A stretch of DNA of 64,000 nt. Origin: Nitrospirota bacterium (GTDB lineage: Bacteria; Nitrospirota; Nitrospiria; 2-01-FULL-66-17). The notes beneath the pieces are model-generated. The model was given only the letters and a program-made list of their open reading frames with translations. It ran no database searches and was not told where the DNA came from. Below, in pieces: positions 56,893-64,000 of the stretch; positions within the stretch are counted from its first letter, which is position 1, and every line of letters begins with the position of its first letter. Location: NCBI GenBank assembly GCA_049325335.1, contig JBMOMC010000044.1, positions 64,001 through 128,000 of the forward strand, written 5' to 3'. A program made the position numbers and the translations under genes.

Positions 56893-58212
56893 ATGGCGCT
56901 GGATCGGTTCCTCATCGGCGCCGGGCTCGGGCTCCTCGCTCTCTTTGCCGTGCCTGTGATGATTCCTGACTACCCGCGCGCGGTCGTCCCGTTTCTGGGC
57001 GTGTATGGCGCCGCCTCGGTGGTGTGGCTCGCCGCGGTATGGCGCGTGATGCGCGCGGACCACATCGGCCCCCGAACCCTCACTTTGGTCGTGGTCTTTG
57101 CGCTCTTGTTTCGCGGCGTGGTCCTCCCGCAAGCCTCGATCCTCGACGATGACCTCTACCGGTACGTGTGGGATGGCCGCATGACGTGGCACGGGGTCAA
57201 CCCCTATCGTTCTGCCCCAAACGATGACGCATTGTCCGGCTATCGAGATCCCCTGATCTACCCGCACATCAACTTCCCATACGTCCCGTCCATCTACCCT
57301 CCGTTGACCCAGCTCGTGTTCGCATCCGTGGTCGGCCTCTTCGGGGAAACCCTGATCGCGATGAAGCTCGCTTGGACCGTGTTCGATGTTCTGCTCATCG
57401 CGGCTGCCATCGCCCTGCTGCGCGCCGTGAACCTTAATCCCGCGCGGGTGATTGTCTACGCGTGGGCGCCGCTCGCGGTCAAAGAGGTCGCGGGGTCAGG
57501 GCACATGGACGCCTTCCCCGTGTTGCTGACACTCCTCGCCGTATTGTGGGCGGCGCGCAGACCCGTGGTCAGCTCGATCGCCTTGGGTGCGGCCATCGCC
57601 GCCAAGCTGTACCCGATCCTGCTCGTGCCGGTGTTCCTGCGGCAACTCCGCGGCCGCAGCCTGCTCATTCCTACTGTCGTGCTGATCGCCTGCGCGCCGT
57701 TTGCTTCGGTGCCGGCCAACCAAATGTTGCAGGGCCTCCGCATCTACGGCGAGTATTGGATGTTTAACCCCGGCGTGTTCGACCTGCTGCAACGGACACT
57801 CTCACTCATCACCACGCACGGCGTCCTCACAGCCAAGGTCCTCGCGGCCGCCACGGTAATCGCGATCGCGCTGTGGCGGGTCGGACACGGCGCCGACTCG
57901 GTCCGCGACCTGGCCGCGTCCGTGGTCTGGATCCTGGGGTGCACGCTCCTGTTGGCGCCGACCGCGGACCCGTGGTACTTGTTGTGGGTCCTGCCGTTTC
58001 TGTGCGTGCACCCCAATCCCGGGCTGCTTGCGTGGACAGGACTCGCGGTGCTGAGCTACGGCTACTACCATGCCGGAACGGACATCGCATGGCTGAGACT
58101 CATCGAGTACGCACCGGTGCTGATCCTGCTTGGATGGTCGTGGCTGCGCAGTCGTTGGTCCCGAGGAGCCATCCCGGGGCAGGCGGTCTGGACCGCTCGC
58201 ACCTCACCGTGA
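56893..58212 (+). CDS. Polytopic GT-C glycosyltransferase (GT87/DUF2029-like)
   Basis: DDDLYRY.WDG...G.NPY..P, SIYPP, YAW.PL..E..GSGH.D, KLYP, PWY.LW. Confidence 0.85.
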   Translation: MALDRFLIGAGLGLLALFAVPVMIPDYPRAVVPFLGVYGAASVVWLAAVWRVMRADHIGPRTLTLVVVFALLFRGVVLPQASILDDDLYRYVWDGRMTWHGVNPYRSAPNDDALSGYRDPLIYPHINFPYVPSIYPPLTQLVFASVVGLFGETLIAMKLAWTVFDVLLIAAAIALLRAVNLNPARVIVYAWAPLAVKEVAGSGHMDAFPVLLTLLAVLWAARRPVVSSIALGAAIAAKLYPILLVPVFLRQLRGRSLLIPTVVLIACAPFASVPANQMLQGLRIYGEYWMFNPGVFDLLQRTLSLITTHGVLTAKVLAAATVIAIALWRVGHGADSVRDLAASVVWILGCTLLLAPTADPWYLLWVLPFLCVHPNPGLLAWTGLAVLSYGYYHAGTDIAWLRLIEYAPVLILLGWSWLRSRWSRGAIPGQAVWTARTSP

Positions 58213-58928
58213 CGCGCGACGCGCCCGCAGCACCCCGCCGCCCCCGTATCTCGGTGATCGTCCCGGTCCGCAACGACGCAACCGCGCTGCAATCGTGTCT
58301 GGGCTCGCTGGCGGCCTCCCCGTCGCCGAACCCGATCGAACTCATCGTGGTAGACGGACAGAGCTCAGATCGTTCGCTGGAGATCGCGGTTCGATTCGGC
58401 GCGCGAGGCTTGCGTGCGCCCATGGTCGGTCGGAGCGCGCAGATGCACTGCGGCGCCCAACAGGCAACCGGCGACATCCTGGTGTTCCTGCACGCCGACA
58501 CCGTCCTCCCCGCAGGCTGGGTCGACCGCATCGAACAGGCGTTTTGGCTGAGTGCGACACCGCCGGCGGCCGCCGCATTCGACGTGGCGTTCGATTCCAG
58601 CCGGATGGTGTTCAAAGCCCTCTCGGCCCTGGCCAACCTCCGCAGCCGTCTCACCCGCCTGCCCCACGGGGACCAGGCGCTCATTGTCTCGCGGCAGACG
58701 TACATGTCTGCTGGCGGGTTCCCCAACGTACCGCTGATGGAAGAGTACCTGTTCATCCCCAAGCTGAAGCAATTCGGTCGCATCGCCCAGTTCCCGGAGC
58801 GAGTCGTCACCTCATCCCGGCGATACGCCCGCGACGGCGCGATCCGCACCACGCTCAAAAAGGTGGGGTTGATCGTGCTGTTCTACGTCGGGGTGCCGCC
58901 GGCACGGCTGGCTCGCTGGTATTGGTAA
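58209..58928 (+). CDS. GT2 glycosyltransferase, TIGR04283-like (rSAM/arsenosugar-cluster associated)
   Basis: SVIVP..N, VVDG.S.D, GR..QM..GA..A.GD.L.FLHAD, GDQ, GGFP..PLME, TS.RRY. Confidence 0.88.
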   Translation: MTRDAPAAPRRPRISVIVPVRNDATALQSCLGSLAASPSPNPIELIVVDGQSSDRSLEIAVRFGARGLRAPMVGRSAQMHCGAQQATGDILVFLHADTVLPAGWVDRIEQAFWLSATPPAAAAFDVAFDSSRMVFKALSALANLRSRLTRLPHGDQALIVSRQTYMSAGGFPNVPLMEEYLFIPKLKQFGRIAQFPERVVTSSRRYARDGAIRTTLKKVGLIVLFYVGVPPARLARWYW

Positions 58929-59038
58929 CGTTCATCGAATCGTCATACAGCAGTCATCAGGCCTACATGTCCAGCGCGTATGGTCCTTCCTGTTGGGCAG
59001 GCAGTCTGCCCGCTACCACCCTCAACAGGAGGATTTCG

Positions 59039-59710
59039 ATGCACACACCATGGCGTTTGACAGTGGCGGCAGGTCTGATCATAATGGCGAGCGGCCTCTC
59101 CGCTCTCCCGGCGTACGCGGGCGACGACGACGGCCGCCGCTACGCGGTGACCATCACCAACCTGACTCGCGGACAGGTGCTGACCCCGCCGGTCGTGATC
59201 GTGCACAATCGGCAGTTCACCCTGTTCACCCCAGGAGAGCCCGCGCGTCCCGAGTTGGCCCGACTCGCGGAAGACGGCATGACCCAACCGTTGCTCGACC
59301 TGCTCGGCACCGAGCACGGCGTGTACCAAACGCAGGTGGGTAGCGTGATTCCTCCCGGTGCGTCAACTACCGTTGAAATCGAGATCTCCGGTCCGTTCCG
59401 GCTCCTGACCGCTGCCGGCATGCTTGCGTCCACCAATGACGGGTTCTATGCGGTCGAGGACATCAAGGTGTCCGAAAAGGGCAGCATGGAAGTTGACGCG
59501 GATGCGTACGATGCGGGCAGCGAGGCCAACAACGAGTCGTGCGCCTTTATCCCCGGCCCGCCGTGCGGCCACCCTGGCGTTCGCGACACGGTTGGAGCCG
59601 AGGGCTTCGTGCATATCCACGCCGGAATTCACGGTCTCGCGGATCTGGTTCCCGCGATGCACGACTGGCGGAACCCGGTGGCACAGGTCACGATCGAGCG
59701 AATCCGATGA
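59039..59710 (+). CDS. Spondin_N domain exported protein
   Basis: Y.VTITNLT.GQ..TP, LAEDG, ML..TNDGF, YDAGSE.N, VHIH.G, W.NPVA; GGAGG RBS. Confidence 0.88.
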   Translation: MHTPWRLTVAAGLIIMASGLSALPAYAGDDDGRRYAVTITNLTRGQVLTPPVVIVHNRQFTLFTPGEPARPELARLAEDGMTQPLLDLLGTEHGVYQTQVGSVIPPGASTTVEIEISGPFRLLTAAGMLASTNDGFYAVEDIKVSEKGSMEVDADAYDAGSEANNESCAFIPGPPCGHPGVRDTVGAEGFVHIHAGIHGLADLVPAMHDWRNPVAQVTIERIR

Positions 59711-59747
59711 CGAGAGTTCGTGGGTACGGCGCCGGGACCATCGATCG

Positions 59748-59849
59748 TTGACATACCCGCGCATGCACGGTAGATTCGGCTTTCGGTTCGCTCGGCCGAA
59801 TCTCTCAGAAACAAGCGGCCGGGACGCGGGTGCGTCCCGGCCGCTTGTT
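59748..59849 (+). promoter_or_regulatory. Promoter TTGACA-N17-TAGATT with operator-like inverted repeat and 18-bp leader hairpin
   Basis: AGATTCGGC-N14-GCCGAATCT (59772-59803); perfect stem 59810-59827 / 59832-59849. Confidence 0.7.
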
Positions 59850-59875
59850 GTGCTAACCACGACCAGGGAGGCGGT

Positions 59876-62335
59876 ATGAATCTGACGCACGAGATGGTCT
59901 TGCACGCTCCACCTCGCGAAACATTGACTCAAAACGGGGTCCGCGTGTTGCTCGACCCGGCGGGGCCGAACTGGATCGGCACCGACGAGCGCGGCCGGCG
60001 AATTCTGGATCTCTTTGATGGGGCGCACACGTTCGGCCAGGTGGTGCGCGCCTACGCGGCGGAGGCCAAGCTCGACGTGGTCGCAGCCTGGCAGCACGTG
60101 GACACGCTCGCGCGCGATGCGATCCGCCGCGGCATGCTGACGGACCGGCCGATCACGCGCCCGCCCTACCTGGGGCGCGCGGCGCATCTGGGGCCGCGGC
60201 GTTTGACCGAGTTGTGGCTGCACACCAACAATTCGTGCAACCTCGCGTGCAGCCACTGCCTGGTGTCTTCCGGACCCGACGGCGACAAGGGCCTTCCCAC
60301 CGACGTGCTCCTGCGCGTGATCGCCGACGCGAAAGCCCTGGGCGTGCGCCGGTTCTTCTTCACCGGTGGCGAGCCCTTCCTCAGAAAGGACATCCTCGCG
60401 CTGATCGATGCGGCGTTGGAGGACCCCAAAGCGGAACTGGCGATCCTGACCAACGGCCTCCTGTTCACCCCAAGCCGGATCGAGGAGCTTTGCCAACGCG
60501 ATTCCGCGCGGCTCAAGATCCAGATCAGTCTCGACGGCTCCACGCCCAAGACCAACGATCCCCTCCGAGGGAAGGGCAGCTTCCAGCGTATTGTCGACGG
60601 GATCCGCGCCGCGATCCGAGCCAGCCTCTCGGTCACGGTCAGCACCGTGATCACCGAAGCCAACGCCGACGATGTACCCGAGGTTACGCGTCTGGTCGCC
60701 AGGCTTGGCGGCGCCACGCATCACTTGCTTTGGCTGCACAAACGCGGCCGCGCGGATGAGCACGGCGTGGATCGCACCCCGTCGGTAGAACGCGTCATCG
60801 AGGTCGTTCGCCGCTGCCGCGAGGTTGGGCAATCCGTCGGCGTGATGGTCGATAACCACGAGGCGGTCAAGGCACGACTCCGGTATCCCGCAGGCACCAA
60901 GCGCGACCTCGCCAGCGCCGGAATCTCCAGCCTCTGTCTCTATTCAGACGGGCAGGTCTACCCCTCGGCCGCGATGGCCAATGTTCCCGACCTCGCCTGC
61001 GGGTCAATCCTGGATCAATCTCTTCAGGACATGTGGTTGACCAGCTCCGTCGCCACCGAGTTCGCATCGGCGACTGTTGAGGACAAGGTGATCTGCCGGA
61101 CCTGCCCAATCAAGTTTCTCTGCGGAGGGGGCGACATCGAGCACGCGTATTTCTACGGTGGCTCGATCATGGCGCACGACCCCTACTGCGAGCTGCACCA
61201 GGCCATGATCGCCGACGCGCTGCTCGATCTGACCGAGGAACGCAAAACCCTCGTGACCAACCGCAAGTCGGGGTTTTCCGCGCCGATCATCTACACGGGC
61301 ATGGGCGAGGCCGCGGTCACGTGCGCAACAGACGAGACGCCCGGCGAAGTGCTCACCAGCCACTCGGAGTGCGTGCTGACGTTCGACCTGGACGCCCCGC
61401 GCAAGGTCGTCCGCGAGTTTTACGGCAACGCGGCCGAGATGCCGCAGGAAGAGTTGTGCTGCCCGGTGCAACCGAACCCCGAAGACCTCGCCCACATCCC
61501 CCGGGAGGTCATCGAGCGCTTCTATGGCTGCGGCTCGCCGGTGGGCGCGGCCGGGATTCAACCCGGCGAGACGACCCTGGATCTGGGCAGCGGCGCGGGC
61601 ATCGACGTGTTCATCGCCGCGAAGAAGGTGGGCCCCACGGGCCGGGCAGTCGGCGTGGACATGACGCCCCAGATGCTCGCGGTGGCGCGCGACGCGCAGA
61701 AGGACGTGGCCGCTGCGCTGGGCTACGACGTCGTCGAGTTCCGGGAGGGATTTCTCGAACAGATCCCGGCCGAGACCCAGTCTATTGATCTCGTGACGTC
61801 CAACTGCGTGATCAACCTCTCACCCGACAAGCCCCGCGTGTTCGCGGAGATGTGGCGGGTGCTGAGGGACCACGGCCGGATCGTGATTGCTGACATCGTC
61901 GCGGATCAGGAAGTCCCGCCGCACCAACGCAAAGACCCGCGCCTCTGGGGCGAGTGCATCAGCGGCGCGCTGACCGAAGAGGAGTTCCTGGCTGCGCTCG
62001 AGCGCGCAGGGTTCTACGGCCTGCAGGTCTTCAAGAAAACATTCTGGAAAGAGGTCGAGGGGTTCAAGTTTTACTCGGTCACAGTCCGCGGCTTTAAGTT
62101 CGAGAAGACCTCGGGTTGCATCTATGCGGGGCAAACCGCGACGTACACCGGACCGTTCAAAGGCGTGAGCGACGAAGAGGGCCACTGGTTCCCGCGCAAC
62201 GTGGCGATCGACGTCTGCACCGACACCGCCGCCAAACTGTCGCGCGCGCCCTACGCGGGCTTGTTCGTCCTCACCGGAGTCGGGGGAGACATCGCGCCGA
62301 TGGGCGGCTGCAATCCCGCGTCGGATTGCTGCTGA
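59876..62335 (+). CDS. RRE-like / radical SAM / SPASM / arsenite methyltransferase (ArsM-like) fusion
   Basis: [17 protein letters not shown]...[35 protein letters not shown]; ends in DCC. Confidence 0.88.
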   Translation: MNLTHEMVLHAPPRETLTQNGVRVLLDPAGPNWIGTDERGRRILDLFDGAHTFGQVVRAYAAEAKLDVVAAWQHVDTLARDAIRRGMLTDRPITRPPYLGRAAHLGPRRLTELWLHTNNSCNLACSHCLVSSGPDGDKGLPTDVLLRVIADAKALGVRRFFFTGGEPFLRKDILALIDAALEDPKAELAILTNGLLFTPSRIEELCQRDSARLKIQISLDGSTPKTNDPLRGKGSFQRIVDGIRAAIRASLSVTVSTVITEANADDVPEVTRLVARLGGATHHLLWLHKRGRADEHGVDRTPSVERVIEVVRRCREVGQSVGVMVDNHEAVKARLRYPAGTKRDLASAGISSLCLYSDGQVYPSAAMANVPDLACGSILDQSLQDMWLTSSVATEFASATVEDKVICRTCPIKFLCGGGDIEHAYFYGGSIMAHDPYCELHQAMIADALLDLTEERKTLVTNRKSGFSAPIIYTGMGEAAVTCATDETPGEVLTSHSECVLTFDLDAPRKVVREFYGNAAEMPQEELCCPVQPNPEDLAHIPREVIERFYGCGSPVGAAGIQPGETTLDLGSGAGIDVFIAAKKVGPTGRAVGVDMTPQMLAVARDAQKDVAAALGYDVVEFREGFLEQIPAETQSIDLVTSNCVINLSPDKPRVFAEMWRVLRDHGRIVIADIVADQEVPPHQRKDPRLWGECISGALTEEEFLAALERAGFYGLQVFKKTFWKEVEGFKFYSVTVRGFKFEKTSGCIYAGQTATYTGPFKGVSDEEGHWFPRNVAIDVCTDTAAKLSRAPYAGLFVLTGVGGDIAPMGGCNPASDCC

Positions 62336-63453
62336 TGGCCGACGCGCTCTTGATCGCCGCGGTGGTGCTTTGGCTCGCCTACGCCAACGGCGCAAACGAC
62401 AACTTCAAGGGCGTGGCCACGCTCTTCGGTTGCGGCGCCAGCGATTACCGCAGCGCGCTCCAGTGGGCGACCGTCGCAACCCTCGCCGGTTCGCTCAGCT
62501 CCGTCGCGATCGGGGCGGGGCTTGTCGCGAAGTTTTCTGGCAAGGGCCTGGTGTCGGATGCCGTCCTTGCCGACCCGAGTTTTGTCTCCGCGGTAGCCTT
62601 CGCCGCCGTCGCCACAGTGTTGCTCGCCACGCGCCTCGGGTACCCGATTTCCACCACTCACGCGCTCGTCGGCGGACTCGTCGGCGCGGGCGTCGCGGGG
62701 AACGGATGGGGAGGCGTGAACCTCGCGGCGCTCGGCACCACATTCGTCGCGCCGCTGTTTCTCGCACCGCTGACTGCGGTGACCTTGACCGCACTCGCCT
62801 ACTGGCTCCTTCACCGGGCTCGACTGTCGTTCGGGGTTGCGCGTGAAACGTGCGTGTGCGTGGGAGGACACGTTCCAGTGGTCAGAGTGCACCCTGGTCG
62901 CCGCCCGCTCGCGGCGGCCGCTGTTGCAATGCCAACCGTCACGATCGCGTCGTCCCAAGAGTGCTTGCAGCGTTACGGCGGTCGCGTGGCGGGGGTGAGC
63001 CTTCAGACCCTCTTGGATCGGTTGCACTATCTGAGCGCGGGGGCCGTGTGCTTTGCCCGCGGCCTCAACGACACACCAAAAGTCGTGGCGCTCCTGGTCG
63101 CCGCGCAAGCCCTGCACGTGCCGTTTGCGGTCGCGATCGTGGCCGTCGCCATGGCGCTGGGCGGGTTACTCAGCGGGCGGCGCGTGGCCGAGACCATGAG
63201 CCACAAGATCACGGCCATGAATCACGGCCAAGGCTTGACCGCCAACCTCGCCACCGCGGCGCTCGTGATTTGGGCGTCGCGCTGGGGCCTGCCCGTCTCA
63301 ACCACCCACGTCTCGTGCGGCGCCCTGTTTGGCATCGGTGCCATCACCGGTCACGCCCATTGGCGCGCCATCGCGTCGATTGCGCTCGCGTGGATCACCA
63401 CGCTTCCCCTTGCCGCGTTGCTGGCTGCCGCAGCATATCTCTCCCTCGGCTGA
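62335..63453 (+). CDS. PiT (PHO4) family inorganic anion transporter
   Basis: NGAND, P.STTH twice, RGLND.PK; ATG overlaps upstream TGA. Confidence 0.9.
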   Translation: MADALLIAAVVLWLAYANGANDNFKGVATLFGCGASDYRSALQWATVATLAGSLSSVAIGAGLVAKFSGKGLVSDAVLADPSFVSAVAFAAVATVLLATRLGYPISTTHALVGGLVGAGVAGNGWGGVNLAALGTTFVAPLFLAPLTAVTLTALAYWLLHRARLSFGVARETCVCVGGHVPVVRVHPGRRPLAAAAVAMPTVTIASSQECLQRYGGRVAGVSLQTLLDRLHYLSAGAVCFARGLNDTPKVVALLVAAQALHVPFAVAIVAVAMALGGLLSGRRVAETMSHKITAMNHGQGLTANLATAALVIWASRWGLPVSTTHVSCGALFGIGAITGHAHWRAIASIALAWITTLPLAALLAAAAYLSLG

Positions 63454-63493
63454 CTCAGCCGGACGCCGTGTTCAGCGACATGCCTTGAGTGTG

Positions 63494-63569
63494 CTTCGAC
63501 GAGCTCCCCACGAGAAGGGTTTTCGTGTAGGGCCTCGGTGCCAATCCGTTCACCCTGCGCCTGTCGAAG
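63494..63569. repeat. Inverted REP-like pair CTTCGAC...GTCGAAG between convergent genes
   Basis: CTTCGACGAGCTCCCCACGA ... CCGTTCACCCTGCGCCTGTCGAAG. Confidence 0.55.
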
Positions 63570-63578
63570 GACAGCCTG

Positions 63579-64000
63579 CTACCGAATCGTCAGCACACCC
63601 TTCATGCCGGACTCATGGTGCGACACCGGATCCTCCGCGTCGCAGCGAAAACCGAAGTCTCCCACTTTCTTCGGAGTAAATCGTAGGACCACCGTCGAGC
63701 TAGCGGGAACCTCCAACTCCTCTAGCCCCCGCGCCGCCACCACAACGCCCTGGCCTTCAACGTCGACCACGGTGTCGACCAGGGCGTCGGTGACGAACTC
63801 GTGCAGCGCCTTGCCTTCATTTACCAGACGCAGCTCCACTGGTCGATTCCTGCGCAATTCAATGTACGCCGGAGCATACTTGTACTCCGCCAACAACACC
63901 GTAACCGCCTGCACCTCCTGCGGCCGCGATCGGTCGTCCGACAACGCGGCCATCGGAAGGCCCACCACGGTCAACATCGCGGCAACGATTCTCCATCTCA
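63579..64000 (-). CDS. Cupredoxin (type 1 copper) exported protein; start codon probably at the window edge
   Basis: Signal peptide, N.G...HEF, F.C.....SHHESGM.G ligands; frame open to 64000. Confidence 0.85.
   Translation of the reverse strand, partial: RWRIVAAMLTVVGLPMAALSDDRSRPQEVQAVTVLLAEYKYAPAYIELRRNRPVELRLVNEGKALHEFVTDALVDTVVDVEGQGVVVAARGLEELEVPASSTVVLRFTPKKVGDFGFRCDAEDPVSHHESGMKGVLTIR

Noticed and set aside
59763..59879. 38-aa ORF (MHGRFGFRF...) overlapping the rSAM start as a RiPP precursor
   Set aside because: Its ATG lies upstream of the predicted -10 box, it has no RBS, and its sequence is dictated by the hairpins

Overview
High-GC bacterial chromosome segment. Gene content (DAB carbon pump, FGE-sulfatase and BNR-propeller paralogues, SmbP-like protein, c-type cytochromes) suggests a Nitrospirota-like chemolithoautotroph; this is an inference, not a search result. 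1-12.9 kb (minus strand): housekeeping run rpmE-prfA-prmC-murA-hisG-hisD-hisB-hisH-hisA-hisF-hisIE-HIT, then yqeY-dnaG-rpoD (rpoD truncated by the window edge and missing from the ORF track). 13-24.7 kb: envelope beta-propellers, an outer-membrane barrel, glnD, PilZ, cytochrome c and an M1 peptidase. 24.7-34.1 kb: DUF2294/MpsC, two tandem fused DabB-like subunits, DabA and a PII-like gene. This block has a duplicated promoter motif and a leader with two terminator/antiterminator switches, which makes it a candidate undescribed attenuation system for inorganic-carbon uptake. 34-43.7 kb: a decayed DUF6883/DUF4926 pair, SPFH protein, heme-fused FGE-like protein, ribE, thiD, lipoate ligase and a two-component system. 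43.7-51.5 kb: a detoxification island with three regulators (CGNR, TetR, MarR), each with visible paired operators, plus two pseudogenes. 52-64 kb: DM13, DUF547, HD-GYP, cytochrome c, barrel, two glycosyltransferases, spondin, an RRE-like/radical SAM/SPASM/ArsM fusion and a PiT transporter, together a candidate novel organoarsenical pathway. Four kinds of short palindromic repeat occur, including ERIC-like elements. No rRNA, tRNA, CRISPR array or intact transposase was seen. All family assignments come from motif recognition by eye.
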